Shown piece after piece: positions 18,354 through 28,394 of a DNA stretch of 32,000 nucleotides. A model generated the notes under the pieces. The model was not told where the DNA came from. It was given only the letters and a program-made list of their open reading frames with translations, and did no database searches. The translations under genes and the position numbers were made by a program. The DNA is from Synechococcus elongatus PCC 6301 (GTDB lineage Bacteria > Cyanobacteriota > Cyanobacteriia > Synechococcales > Synechococcaceae): positions 1,380,001 through 1,412,000 of the forward strand of contig NC_006576.1 in the NCBI RefSeq assembly GCF_000010065.1, written 5' to 3'. Positions within the stretch are counted from its first letter, which is position 1, and every line of letters begins with the position of its first letter.

Positions 18354-19387
18354 GGTTGAGTAGCGATCGCAGCCGCCCGCAGTCCAGCCCCGATCAGCCC
18401 GACTTCGTGGTTCGTGACGATCGTGATAGGCATCCGCGTCAGCAGCCCCTTCACCCGTCCCTTGGCTTGGAAGGCTTGCAGAAAAGTGCCATCAGTCAAG
18501 AGCGGCAGGATTTTGCCCGCAATCCCGCCGGCGACGTAGACCCCGCCGTAGGAGAGCAATTTCAACGCGAGGTTGCCGGCTTCCGCCCCGTAAGCACTGA
18601 CAAATATCTGCATGGCTTGTAGGGCCAGCGGATCGCGATCGCTCAAGGCTGCTTGGGATACGGCTGCTGCCAGATCAGGGGCTTGGTCGCCGCCCGTTTG
18701 CCAAGCCGAGGCAATCGCCCCAAGGGCTGGATTTTCTTGGTCGGGATGGCGATCGCGCAGGAAGGCGTAGATGGCTGCAATCCCTTGGCCGGAGACCACT
18801 CGCTCGACCGAGATATGCTCGATTGCGTAAAAATTGCGTAGAAAATGCAGTAACTCGGACTCCAGTTCGGTTTGCGGCGCAAAGTCAGCGTGAGAACCTT
18901 CGCTGCCAAACACTTGGCGGCCTTGGGCTGTGGGAATGATGAAGCCTTCGCCCAAGCCAGTTCCTGCCCCCAGAATGGCGATCGGAGCCGCCGGATCGGC
19001 TTCACCGACTTGCACAACGACTTGATCTTCGGCGGTCAAGCCGGGTAGGCCGTAGGCGATCGCAGCAAAATCATTGATCAACGCCACCTGCGCAATGCCC
19101 AATTCCTTCGCCAGCCGCGCTTCAGAGAGCTGCCAAGGCAGGTTCGTCAGCTTCGCGGTTCCATGGACAACGGGGCCGGCAATGCCAAAACAAGCCACAA
19201 CTGGCGATCGCACCTCGGCGGAGGGTGCGGCAGCCAAAAACTCCTGCACCATCGGCACTAAATCAGGGTAGGCCGCACTGGCAAAACTGGCCTGATGGAG
19301 CGGTTCTAAACGATCGCAATCAGAGGCGATCGCCAACATTAAATTCGTTTTGGTTCCGCCGATATCCCCGGCCAATAGCAAGGTCAT
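18350..19387 (-). CDS. glk: Glucokinase
   Basis: LLLAGDIGGTKTNLML, CFGIAGPVVHG, LTNLPW, LINDFAAIAYGL, ILGAGTGLGEGFI, SEGSHADFAP. ATGA overlap with the downstream epimerase gene. Confidence 0.95.
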   Translation of the reverse strand: MTLLLAGDIGGTKTNLMLAIASDCDRLEPLHQASFASAAYPDLVPMVQEFLAAAPSAEVRSPVVACFGIAGPVVHGTAKLTNLPWQLSEARLAKELGIAQVALINDFAAIAYGLPGLTAEDQVVVQVGEADPAAPIAILGAGTGLGEGFIIPTAQGRQVFGSEGSHADFAPQTELESELLHFLRNFYAIEHISVERVVSGQGIAAIYAFLRDRHPDQENPALGAIASAWQTGGDQAPDLAAAVSQAALSDRDPLALQAMQIFVSAYGAEAGNLALKLLSYGGVYVAGGIAGKILPLLTDGTFLQAFQAKGRVKGLLTRMPITIVTNHEVGLIGAGLRAAAIATQP

Positions 19388-19487
19388 AATCTCTGCAGCA
19401 GCTTCCCCTTCGTTACCCTATAACAGTTTCGCGAGGGCGATCGCTGACAATAGTGTCGTCCTGCTGACCCTGAACTTGAGATCCACC

Positions 19488-20246
19488 ATGACTCAAATTG
19501 TTTCCGTACATTCGTTTCGGGGTGGCACGGGCAAATCCAACATGACCGCCAACCTCGCCACCACCCTGGCACTCCAAGGGCATCGCGTCGGTGTGGTCGA
19601 TACGGATATTCAATCTCCAGGCATTCACATCATCTTGGGCCTTCGAGATGAAGACATTGATCAGTCACTCAATGACTTTCTCTGGGGACAATGCACGATC
19701 GAGCAAGCTGTTTACGATGTCACACCGGCAGCGGTTGAACAAGCAGGTGGACGCATTCTGCTCTCTCCTTCCAGCCTCAATGCCTCCAAGATTGCCAAGA
19801 TTTTGCGCGAGGGCTACGACGTCGGTAACCTCAACGATGGCTTCCTAGCCTTTGGGGAAACCCTCAATCTCGACTTTCTGCTAATCGATACCCACCCCGG
19901 CATCAACGAGGAAACTCTGCTGTCGATCGCGATTTCCGATGGGTTGGTGATGCTCATGCGTCCCGATCGCCAGGATTATCTCGGCACTGCAGTGGCGGTT
20001 CAGGTTGCTAAAAAGCTGGATGTACCGAAGATGCTGATTGCCGTCAACAAAGTGCCCAGCTTTTTTGACTTTGCTGAAGTCCGCGCCAAAGTTGAGAGCA
20101 ACTACGGCGTCCCAGTGGGAGCCCTTTTCCCGTTAGCTGATGAGGTTCTGAACCTAGCGAGTCAAGGCTTACTTTGTATTGACCAACCCCAGCATCCAAT
20201 CAGCGTTGAACTTCGTCAGTTAGCGCATGCTTTGATCAGTGACTAG
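19488..20246 (+). CDS. MinD/ParA-family ATPase with atypical Walker A (FRGGTGKSN)
   Basis: MTQIVSVHSFRGGTGKSNMTANLATTLALQGHRVGVVDTDIQSPG...LDFLLIDTHPGINEETLLS...MPRDRQDY-like region. ATG 19488 preferred over the track start at 19350. Confidence 0.88.
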   Translation: MTQIVSVHSFRGGTGKSNMTANLATTLALQGHRVGVVDTDIQSPGIHIILGLRDEDIDQSLNDFLWGQCTIEQAVYDVTPAAVEQAGGRILLSPSSLNASKIAKILREGYDVGNLNDGFLAFGETLNLDFLLIDTHPGINEETLLSIAISDGLVMLMRPDRQDYLGTAVAVQVAKKLDVPKMLIAVNKVPSFFDFAEVRAKVESNYGVPVGALFPLADEVLNLASQGLLCIDQPQHPISVELRQLAHALISD

Positions 20247-20248
20247 CC

Positions 20249-20569
20249 ATGACCCGCAAATCTGGCGGACTCTCGATGACCCAATTGCTGCAGTTACCCG
20301 ATGAGGAGCGACTGTTGGTTAATCGGGCATTGCGCCATCGTGACCTCACCCTCGAGCGAGCAATCGCCCTCGGACGCGATCGCGGACAGGAGCAACCGGA
20401 AGCTTGGGCTAAAGCCCTGCTCCAACGCCTGACAGAAGCCGGCCTGCTGGAACTCCAATCTGCTGAAGCGAATCATTTGCCCCGCTACTGCGCCAAACTG
20501 GCCTGGCGTCGCCCTAGTCAGGATGAGCAAAGCTGGCTGGACTGGACTGACTCTTCAGCTCAGGACTGA
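20249..20569 (+). CDS. Small hypothetical protein, probable operon partner of the ParA-like ATPase
   Basis: ATG 2 nt after the ATPase stop. MTRKSGGLSMTQLLQLPDEERLLVNRALRHRDLTLERAIALGRD..., no family recognised. Confidence 0.7.
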   Translation: MTRKSGGLSMTQLLQLPDEERLLVNRALRHRDLTLERAIALGRDRGQEQPEAWAKALLQRLTEAGLLELQSAEANHLPRYCAKLAWRRPSQDEQSWLDWTDSSAQD

Positions 20570-20693
20570 CCCTGTACGAGTCAGGATCGCAAAATGAGGC
20601 TGCTGCGAGTCGGAGTGCCTCAGGTTCTCTACCCAGTTCAGCTCAGAAAGTTCGGTCTTTGGGTCACAATCAAAGGCGATCGCTGCACCCTGA

Positions 20694-20861
20694 ATGCCCA
20701 TGAACTGGACCCCTGCTGCCGAACAATGCCTCAAGGAAATTCCCTTTTTCGTGCGCCCAGCGGCCCGCAAAAAGATTGAAAAGTTCGCCAGCGATCGCGG
20801 CATTACCGAGATTGACGAAGAGGTTTACAAGCAAGCCAAAGCTCAGTTCGGCAGCCAGTAA
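20694..20861 (+). CDS. Stand-alone PCP_red-like small protein, 55 aa
   Basis: Not in ORF track. Translation MPMNWTPAAEQCLKEIPFFVRPAARKKIEKFASDRGITEIDEEVYKQAKAQFGSQ*. It resembles the C-terminal domain of light-independent protochlorophyllide reductase subunit B. An in-frame TGA lies directly upstream, so the start is 20694 or 20700. Confidence 0.85.
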   Translation: MPMNWTPAAEQCLKEIPFFVRPAARKKIEKFASDRGITEIDEEVYKQAKAQFGSQ

Positions 20862-20884
20862 GTCAGTGTATTGAATGGCATCAA

Positions 20885-20958
<74 letters not shown>

Positions 20959-21013
20959 ATGCACAGATTTTTACTGTAGCAGAAAAGCGAAGGCTGATCC
21001 AACGTGATGGCAT

Positions 21014-21778
21014 CTAGGATGGTTGCAGAACCCGCAGTTGCTGGTGGCAAAAAATCAGCAAGTTGGGGTAAATCGCGTCAGGTTCCAAGCCTTCCAAGTA
21101 TCGGCGACTACGAATGCCACAGGTCAGGGCAACTGCCGGCACAGCATGAGCTTGAGCGGCCAGTACATCCGCTTCGGTATCACCGACCATCGCTAGCCCT
21201 GGACGACCGGCTGCGTTGGCAGCAGCGATCGCCTGACCTAGGATCTGGCGTTTGATCGAGACAGGGTTTTCGTAGGCAGTCAGATCCGAGTCTCCTCCAA
21301 AGATTTCGGTGACGCAGTGGTCGAGATGTTCCCGCTGCAGAATTTCTCGGACTTCTGCCTCCGGGCGGAGAGTGACAATGCTCAGATCGAGTCCGGCTTG
21401 CTGAATCAGAGAAAATGCCCAGCGAACACCCAGTTGTAGGCGATCGAGCTTGAGTAATCCCGGTTGGTTAACCCGCGATCGCACATGCTTGAGGAAGCGC
21501 TCAAAGTGCTCAGGGGCTAGACCCGATCGCTGTGCGATCGCGGGGTCTGGCAGGTGCGCCTGTTTCATGGACCAAAACTGACGGAAGCTCAGCCGCCGAG
21601 GACGCCAAACTTCACCGAGTGCAGCCAGTTCCTTTTGGGTTTCCCGTAGGGCCAAGCTATAGGTACAGTAGTAGCGGCGCGAAACGTCGAGTAAGGGCCC
21701 ATCGAAATCGCAAAATAGGGTATGGCGATCGCGATGGCTACTGGGCTGAATCTCACTGATTAACGTGAGCATGGGCAC
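21014..21778 (-). CDS. HAD-superfamily hydrolase
   Basis: TLFCDFDGPLLDVS motif I, SIVTLRP motif II region, VKRQILGQAIAAA and AMVGDTEADVLAAQAHAVPAVALTCG motif IV. Confidence 0.87.
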   Translation of the reverse strand: MPMLTLISEIQPSSHRDRHTLFCDFDGPLLDVSRRYYCTYSLALRETQKELAALGEVWRPRRLSFRQFWSMKQAHLPDPAIAQRSGLAPEHFERFLKHVRSRVNQPGLLKLDRLQLGVRWAFSLIQQAGLDLSIVTLRPEAEVREILQREHLDHCVTEIFGGDSDLTAYENPVSIKRQILGQAIAAANAAGRPGLAMVGDTEADVLAAQAHAVPAVALTCGIRSRRYLEGLEPDAIYPNLLIFCHQQLRVLQPS

Positions 21779-21920
21779 GGTTCCAAGAACCGCTGAACTG
21801 TTTAACCTTTCTTTACATTAACAAGTTTTCGATAAGGATGGCTACGGTTGAGCCCCTACGATTGATTTATCCTGCTTATCGCATTAATCCCTGCCAAGTT
21901 CACGATTACGCACGTTAACC

Positions 21921-22937
21921 ATGATGTCTAACACCATGCGAGCTGTTGTTCTGGAAATGCCGGGCGGTCCCGAGCAATTGCAGCTCCAATCCCTGCCTTG
22001 GCCCGCGATCGCGCATCCCAGCGAGGTGTTGGTGCAGTTGCAGGCGGCAGGACTGAATCCAATCGACACAAAACTCCGGCAGCGCGGCAGTTTTGACCCC
22101 GATCGCCGACCCGCCATTCTCGGCTGTGATGGGGCAGGCTGGGTGGCAGCCGTTGGCAGTGCCGTCGATCGTTTTGCGGTGGGGGATGCAGTCTACTTTT
22201 GCCATGGCGGCTTAGGGCTCGAACCCGGAACCTATGCTGATTACGCCGTTGTCGATCAGGCCTGGCTAGCACCCAAGCCCGAGCGGTTGAGTTTTGTCGA
22301 AGCAGCAGGCGTGCCACTGGCCCTAATCACAGCTTGGGAAGCCCCCTACGATCGCGGTCGCCTACAAGCGGCGCAAACGGTGTTAATCCATGCTGGTGCC
22401 GGCGGGGTGGGGCACTTGGCAATCCAGTTAGCCAAATTGCGCGGGGCACGGGTGGCAACCACGGTCAGTACTCCAGAAAAAGCGGCGATCGCGGGACACT
22501 ACGGCGCGGATTTTGTGATTCCCTACCGCGATCGCGATTGGGTCGCCGCTGTGCTCGACTGGACCGATGGCAAAGGCGTGGATTTGGCCTTCGATACCGT
22601 GGGTGGAGCGGTGCTAGAGCAAACCTTTCCTGCCGTCCGTCTCTATGGCGATCTGGTCACAATTCTGGCTCCAGATGCCGCCACAAACTGGAAAGTCGCC
22701 CGCGATCGCAATCTCCGCATCAGTCTGGAGCTGATGTTGACGCCCCAACTCCAGCGCGTGACAGAAGCCCGTCAGCATCAAACCCAAATTTTGACAACGG
22801 CAAGTCGCTGGTTTGATCAAGAGCAGCTGCATATTCACATTGGTCAAGTTTTACCAATCTCCGAGATCAGCCAGGCTCATCAGTTCCTAGAAAGACAGCA
22901 GGGAGCGGGCAAGATTGTGATTGATCTAACCGCGTAA
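21921..22937 (+). CDS. Zinc-type alcohol dehydrogenase / quinone oxidoreductase (MDR) family
   Basis: LQAAGLNPIDTKLRQRGSFD..., ILGCDGAGWVAAVGSAV, VLIHAGAGGVGHLAIQLAKLRGARV, VDLAFDTVGG. The true start may be 21936. Confidence 0.9.
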   Translation: MMSNTMRAVVLEMPGGPEQLQLQSLPWPAIAHPSEVLVQLQAAGLNPIDTKLRQRGSFDPDRRPAILGCDGAGWVAAVGSAVDRFAVGDAVYFCHGGLGLEPGTYADYAVVDQAWLAPKPERLSFVEAAGVPLALITAWEAPYDRGRLQAAQTVLIHAGAGGVGHLAIQLAKLRGARVATTVSTPEKAAIAGHYGADFVIPYRDRDWVAAVLDWTDGKGVDLAFDTVGGAVLEQTFPAVRLYGDLVTILAPDAATNWKVARDRNLRISLELMLTPQLQRVTEARQHQTQILTTASRWFDQEQLHIHIGQVLPISEISQAHQFLERQQGAGKIVIDLTA

Positions 22938-23071
22938 ATCTACCTAAATTTCAACCGCACAGCTTCAGAATTTCTCTGGGTTTGCTTTGGCTTGCGCTAA
23001 ATTTTGTACCGACTTGTCATCAGCTTCAAGCAGCGTTGTTAAGGTCAGGGAAGTTACTGCTGAGCCGGTCG

Positions 23072-23461
23072 ATGTCCCTGTCCTTGCGTTATCACCCCCA
23101 ATGGATCGCGGATTGGTGCCAAGAGCATGGCTGGACCGACGTCTTTATCGAATGTCGCCAGTTTTGGGCTTTTCCGCCAGGTGCCGTTCTTCCGCAGCCG
23201 ATCCCAGCAGAGGTACTGATTGCGATCAAGAAAACTCAGGGTCTTAGTCCCTTTGAGCAGCAGTGGTTTTCGATCTGGCTAGGGTTGCTCTGTGGGGCAA
23301 TCGCGATCGCTTGGTTTTGGACAACCCCCATTCCGCTCCTGTCCCTCTTTGCCGGGAGTGCAGGACTCGTTGCATGGCTGGATGACAGCGATGGCCCCGC
23401 CACACCAAGTTCCTCTCCTGTAGAACGGCCGGAATCCATCCGTGCACTTTACCTAGACTGA
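23072..23461 (+). CDS. Hypothetical membrane-associated protein, about 129 aa
   Basis: In-frame ATG 23072 (MSLSLRYHPQWIADWCQEHGWTDVFIE) inside track ORF 22982..23461. Two hydrophobic segments near the C-terminus. Confidence 0.55.
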   Translation: MSLSLRYHPQWIADWCQEHGWTDVFIECRQFWAFPPGAVLPQPIPAEVLIAIKKTQGLSPFEQQWFSIWLGLLCGAIAIAWFWTTPIPLLSLFAGSAGLVAWLDDSDGPATPSSSPVERPESIRALYLD

Positions 23462-24424
23462 CGAGCCAAACAGCCAGACCCAGAGCGGCAAAGTCAGAAA
23501 CAGCATCAGAGTCGAGAGCAGAATACTGCTGGCCAGGAGTTCGCGATCGAGGTTGTACTCTTCCGCCAAGATCAGCCCGGCAAAGCCCGTAGGCATGCCT
23601 GCTTGCAGCACCATCGCCAAGCGACTATCCCCTTGCAGGCCGACAAGCGTTAGCACCAGGCCAGCGAGCAGCGGTATCGCGAGCATCCGCACGCAGACCG
23701 GCGGCAACGCCAGTCGTAAACTGCGCCAACCCTGCAGTTGCCGGAGGCGCAAGCCACCGAGGACAAGAGCAGCAGGCACGACGGCATGAGCTGCTGTTTG
23801 AACGGTCGTTTCCAGTCCGCTCGGCAGGGTTTGACCCTGCATCAGGGCTCCCAACGCGATCGCCCAAATCGAAGGGAGGCGGAGCAAAGAGATCAAGCGC
23901 GATCGCCAGTTGTGGGTGATTTCATTGGGGCTGAAATGGCTGGCGACCAAAACCCCTGCCCCGTAGGTACCGGCAATGTTGTGGGCGACGCTATAGAGCA
24001 CCAGCCAGCCCAAATAGGGCGCACTGACCAGTGAAGGAGCGACAGCGAGGCCGATAAACCCGACATTGCCCAGCATCACGGCGAGGGTAAAACTCCCTTG
24101 CCGAGCCGCTTCGGTGACTGCATCAACCTCTGAAGCCAGACCAACCCACTGGGGCTGCCAACGCCGCAGGAGAGGGAAGATCAGCAGTGCTAGGCTCAGG
24201 CCAGTGCACAGGACGGCCAACGTCACTAAGGACGAGACAGACAGCGCCTGCGAAAAGTCTGTATGACGACAGAGTGCAAAAACTTGGAGGGGAATCCCGA
24301 CCCAAAACAAAAAGCGGCCCAGCAAATGGGGCAGCAGCTTCGGTAACCATCGACAGAGTGCCAGGCCAGCGCCCATCCAAACGACAAGAGGGCTGTAGGC
24401 ATGGAGCAAAATGTCAGATGACAA
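23453..24424 (-). CDS. AEC-family transporter (auxin efflux carrier/malate permease-like)
   Basis: Polytopic 323-aa protein with AGMPTGFAGLILAEEYNLDRELLASSILLSTLMLFLTLPLWVWL and GNVGFIGLAVAPS. Confidence 0.85.
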   Translation of the reverse strand: MSSDILLHAYSPLVVWMGAGLALCRWLPKLLPHLLGRFLFWVGIPLQVFALCRHTDFSQALSVSSLVTLAVLCTGLSLALLIFPLLRRWQPQWVGLASEVDAVTEAARQGSFTLAVMLGNVGFIGLAVAPSLVSAPYLGWLVLYSVAHNIAGTYGAGVLVASHFSPNEITHNWRSRLISLLRLPSIWAIALGALMQGQTLPSGLETTVQTAAHAVVPAALVLGGLRLRQLQGWRSLRLALPPVCVRMLAIPLLAGLVLTLVGLQGDSRLAMVLQAGMPTGFAGLILAEEYNLDRELLASSILLSTLMLFLTLPLWVWLFGSSV

Positions 24425-24692
24425 GGTCGGCGCAAGTGTTGCAGATCACAGTTTCTGTATTCTGCCGCACAGGGCTGTCTTGCTGTCCCCACAAAGCGCT
24501 GGATGTGAAATTGCAACGAGGACCCGAGCCCTGAAAGCCAAACATTCTGGTCAAGATGACCGTCCATCCTGTCGCTAGAGAGGAACGCGATCGCGGGCAA
24601 CCTAGCCAGTTGGTGCAGACGTTCTCGCGATTTTGACCTGCATCCAGAAAGCGCCAGAGTGGGACAGAGCTCGAGGACGGGCAACCTGAGGC

Positions 24693-25241
24693 TTGATGAC
24701 GATTGACTCTGCTCACCCAATGCAAACGATCTTTGATGGTGTCCTGTATGCGCACTACAGACAGGCTTACATCCACATCAAAGGCACCTATGACTTCGCT
24801 GAAAATGTCCGCAAAGGACAGGTCAATGGGTTGCTGGGTGCGGCCTATCCCACCACGCTGTTTTTAACCTTTGGCCTCCACAGTGGGGCTGTGCGGCTCA
24901 GCGTGAAGCTTGCCAGCCTTCCTCCTGACCTTGATGAATCGTGGGAAGAAATCGTGGAGGCGCCATTCACCATGCCCGAGACTGGAACGCTGGGGCTCTC
25001 TGATTGGGAGGGTCAGCTTTGGTATCCCATTCCGATCGCACCTGGTTCTTACCGAGTTCGTTTCTCCGCACAGCAGTTTGGCGAGGCAGAAGAAGTTCCT
25101 GAATCAGAAAATGACCTGAATCCGATTGAGCGGTACGAGGTGATCTTCTGGCCAGCCGCGCGCCAACCCGACCAAATTCTCAAGGTCACCAGACCTGCAG
25201 CGCAGTACTGGCACGACTTTGCTCAAGGCAACATACGGTGA
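24693..25241 (+). CDS. Hypothetical soluble protein, 182 aa
   Basis: Complete ORF, likely ATG 24696. Protein-like composition (GTLGLSDWEGQLWYPIPIAPGSYRVRFSA...). No confident family. Confidence 0.6.
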   Translation: MMTIDSAHPMQTIFDGVLYAHYRQAYIHIKGTYDFAENVRKGQVNGLLGAAYPTTLFLTFGLHSGAVRLSVKLASLPPDLDESWEEIVEAPFTMPETGTLGLSDWEGQLWYPIPIAPGSYRVRFSAQQFGEAEEVPESENDLNPIERYEVIFWPAARQPDQILKVTRPAAQYWHDFAQGNIR

Positions 25242-25324
25242 GGGTTACCGCCACCACAAGGCCAGCAGGGCCTACAAACCGCATTCGGCAGAGGTGCTGG
25301 CTTCCGCTATCAAAGGCGCTGAAC

Positions 25325-26413
25325 TTACCACCAGCTGCATTGGGCTTGTTGGCGCAGCAGGTGATCGCAAAGGACAAGGGCAACCATCGCTTCCACCATC
25401 GGCACTGCCCGCGGTAAGACACAGGGATCGTGGCGGCCCCGCGCAGCCAGAGTGGTGGCTTCGCCGCTGTTGGTGACGGTTTCTTGCTCTTTGCGAATCG
25501 TCGCAGTCGGTTTGAAAGCCACGCGAATCACGATGTTTTCGCCGTTGCTGATGCCGCCTTGGGTGCCGCCGCTACGGTTGGTGCGAGTGCGAATTTGACC
25601 CTGCTCATCGGTGTAAAAGGCGTCATTATGTTCGCTGCCAGTCATTTCCGTTCCAGCAAAGCCCGAGCCGATCTCAAAGCCTTTAGTGGCGGGCAAGGAC
25701 ATACAAGCTTTGGCCAAATCCGCTTCCAGCTTGTCGAAGACGGGTTCGCCTAAACCGCGAGGAACGCGACGGGCCACGCATTCGACCACACCACCGAGAG
25801 AATCCCCTTCCCGCCCGATCGCTTCAATCAGGTCAATCATCTGCGGTGCGATCGCCTCATCGGGGCAGCGGACGATGGTGCTTTCGACTTGCTCCAGCGT
25901 CACGGTTTCGGGATCAATCTGCCCCTCCAGATCCTTGATCCGTTTAACGTAGCCGACGATCTCAACACCGGCAATTTCCCGCAGCAGTTTCTTGGCGATC
26001 GCGCCAGCTGCTACGCGACCGATCGTTTCCCGCGCTGAGGAGCGCCCCCCGCCTGCAACCGCCCGAATACCGTACTTAGCGTCGTAGGTGGCGTCCGCAT
26101 GGGAAGGCCGATAAGCAACCTGCATTTCGCTATAGTCCTGCGATCGCTGGTCTTTATTGCGTACCACGATCGCGATCGGCGTATCGAGGGTTTTGCCATC
26201 GACGACTCCCGAGAGAATTTCGCACTGATCCGCTTCTTTGCGCGGCGTCGTAATTTTGCTTTGACCCGGACGGCGGCGATCGAGCTCAAATTGAATTTCG
26301 GCTTCGGAAATTTCCAGCCGAGGCGGACAGCCATCGATAACTACACCGACGCCTCCCCCGTGGGATTCACCGAAGGTGCTGATGCGAAAAAGATGGCCGA
26401 AGCTGCTGCCCAT
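25325..26413 (-). CDS. aroC: Chorismate synthase
   Basis: [85 protein letters not shown]. Confidence 0.97.
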   Translation of the reverse strand: MGSSFGHLFRISTFGESHGGGVGVVIDGCPPRLEISEAEIQFELDRRRPGQSKITTPRKEADQCEILSGVVDGKTLDTPIAIVVRNKDQRSQDYSEMQVAYRPSHADATYDAKYGIRAVAGGGRSSARETIGRVAAGAIAKKLLREIAGVEIVGYVKRIKDLEGQIDPETVTLEQVESTIVRCPDEAIAPQMIDLIEAIGREGDSLGGVVECVARRVPRGLGEPVFDKLEADLAKACMSLPATKGFEIGSGFAGTEMTGSEHNDAFYTDEQGQIRTRTNRSGGTQGGISNGENIVIRVAFKPTATIRKEQETVTNSGEATTLAARGRHDPCVLPRAVPMVEAMVALVLCDHLLRQQAQCSWW

Positions 26414-26499
26414 ACTGCCGTGCTGGTTCCAGCCTTCGATCTTATCGGGATCTGGAGCGGGAACACCTCAACCCGCTGGAACCAGTGCGCGATCGCGGG

Positions 26500-27975
26500 C
26501 TAGAGTGCCGTCAACAACGGAGAGAGGTTGAGGTAGGGCTCCACCGCATCCGATAGGGCATCGATCAGGTCATCCCGTTGGGCTTGGTAGTGGCCGATGC
26601 TGGTCGGCAGAGCTTTGAGACCGCGTCGATGACGCAGACTATTCAGCCAAGCCCGTCGCCAAGCACCGTTGTCGAAGATGCCATGCAGGTAGGTGCCCCA
26701 GAGATTGCCATTGCGATCGCAGAGCCCCAGTTTGGGATCGTCAAAAATGGGCAGGAACTCTTCGCTGTCGCTGTCGAGGCGGGTCTGACCTTGGTGAATT
26801 TCGTAGCCGGTGATCGGCAGCCCTGCTTGGGGCGATCGCGCCGTGGTTTGCCGCTGCCGCAAGGTTTTTTCGGCGGTGAACCAAGTCTGGGTGGGGAATA
26901 GATGCAGTCCCTCAAACTGTCCTTCGATCCCTTCTGTCCCCTCTAGATCAAGGATGTGCTGGCCCATCATCTGGAAGCCGCCACAGATGCCCAGCACAGT
27001 GCCGCCAGCCGCTGCATAGTCTCGAATCGCTTGAGCCAGGCCCGATCGCTGCAGATCCAGTAGGTCACTGATCGTCGTCTTTGAACCGGGCAGAATCACC
27101 GCATCGGGGTAGCCGAGCTCATCCTGCAGCCCGACGTAGCGCACCTGCACCGATGGCTCGCTCTCCAGCGGATCAAAGTCGGTAAAATTGGCGATCCGAG
27201 GCAGTCGAATCACTGCGATCGTCACTTCCGCTTGGGTTTTGCGGCGTCGCCGTTCCATCAGATCCAGCGAATCTTCAGATGGAAAAGCACGATCGATCCA
27301 GGGGATGACTCCGAGCACAGGAATTCCCGTCCGTTCCTCCAGCCAATCCAGCCCCGATTGCAAGAGTTCGCGCCGCCCCCGGAACTTATTGAAGACAAAG
27401 CCCCGAATCAGCGATCGCTCATCGGGGTCAAGGAGTTCTAAGGTGCCGATTAGGTGCGCGAAGGAGCCGCCGCGATCGATATCGACCAGCAGCAGGGTCG
27501 GCGCTTGCAAGTGTTTGGCCACTCGGAGATTAGTCAGGTCGCGATGCTTGAGGTTAATCTCGGCCGGACTGCCAGCTCCCTCGCAGACAATCCAGTCGTA
27601 GTCAGCCTGCAGCTGTTCGAGAGCCTCGCAAATCGCCTCCCAGCCCACCTCAAAGTAGTCCTGGTAGTAGCGCTCGGCCAAAGTCCGCCCAACAGCCCGT
27701 CCCTTGAGGACAACCTGTGAGGTCATATCTCCCTGAGGCTTGAGCAAAATCGGATTCATCTCGATCGTCGGCTCGACTCCCGCTGCCCAGGCTTGAAAGG
27801 CTTGAGCGTAGCCAATTTCCCCGCCACTAGCAGTTACGTAGGCATTGAGCGCCATGTTTTGCCCCTTGAAGGGCGCAACCCGCCAACCCTGCCGCCGCAG
27901 TAAACGGCAGATCGCCGCAGTGATCAAGGATTTACCTGCGTGGGAGGTGCAACCCACGACCATCAGCGCCGGCAT
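26500..27975 (-). CDS. cobQ: Cobyric acid synthase
   Basis: MPALMVVGCTSHAGKSLITAAICRLLRRQGWRVAPFKGQNMALN, VEGAGSPAEINLK, FRGRRELLQSG-type segment, GGTVLGICGGFQMMG, YEIHQG. Start at 27975 preferred over track 28014. Confidence 0.95.
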   Translation of the reverse strand: MPALMVVGCTSHAGKSLITAAICRLLRRQGWRVAPFKGQNMALNAYVTASGGEIGYAQAFQAWAAGVEPTIEMNPILLKPQGDMTSQVVLKGRAVGRTLAERYYQDYFEVGWEAICEALEQLQADYDWIVCEGAGSPAEINLKHRDLTNLRVAKHLQAPTLLLVDIDRGGSFAHLIGTLELLDPDERSLIRGFVFNKFRGRRELLQSGLDWLEERTGIPVLGVIPWIDRAFPSEDSLDLMERRRRKTQAEVTIAVIRLPRIANFTDFDPLESEPSVQVRYVGLQDELGYPDAVILPGSKTTISDLLDLQRSGLAQAIRDYAAAGGTVLGICGGFQMMGQHILDLEGTEGIEGQFEGLHLFPTQTWFTAEKTLRQRQTTARSPQAGLPITGYEIHQGQTRLDSDSEEFLPIFDDPKLGLCDRNGNLWGTYLHGIFDNGAWRRAWLNSLRHRRGLKALPTSIGHYQAQRDDLIDALSDAVEPYLNLSPLLTAL

Positions 27976-27986
27976 GAGTCTTCCCC

Positions 27987-28394
27987 TTAGAACGGCAACC
28001 GCAACCAGCGGCACACCGCATTGTAAAAGCGATCGCGCAGACCCGCAGGCGGGAGGCGATCGCCCTGCTGTTGCCAGATCAGCACCAACTGCTGTCCGAG
28101 GGGCGTGAGACGAAAGCGATTGGTCAGCCCTTGTCCATCCACCTCACGCCGGAGCAGTCCCACCTGCATCAGCCACATCAGTTCGTTTTCAGCAATCAGC
28201 TCATTCAGGTTGCGCCGACTGTAGCCCTGGGCAATGCCTGCAGTTCCCGCAATATCCTGCAGCGGCACGGCTGTTTGCCGCAGTGCCAAAAACAGTCCGA
28301 GGCGAAAGGGGGAGCAAGCCGCAGCTCGGGTCGCTCGACGCAGGGTTTTGGCAGGGAAATTCAATCCCCCCGACAGGACAGCAGACATGGCCAC
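27987..28394 (-). CDS. Small conserved hypothetical, possible winged-helix protein (Npun_F0494-like)
   Basis: [63 protein letters not shown]. Family name recalled only. Confidence 0.6.
   Translation of the reverse strand: MAMSAVLSGGLNFPAKTLRRATRAAACSPFRLGLFLALRQTAVPLQDIAGTAGIAQGYSRRNLNELIAENELMWLMQVGLLRREVDGQGLTNRFRLTPLGQQLVLIWQQQGDRLPPAGLRDRFYNAVCRWLRLPF

Noticed and set aside
19350-19487. N-terminal extension of the ParA-like ORF
   Set aside because: It overlaps the 5' end of glk and the divergent intergenic region; homology starts at 19488.
27976-28014. Overlap of cobQ with the upstream gene
   Set aside because: It disappears if cobQ starts at ATG 27975, which fits the conserved N-terminus better.
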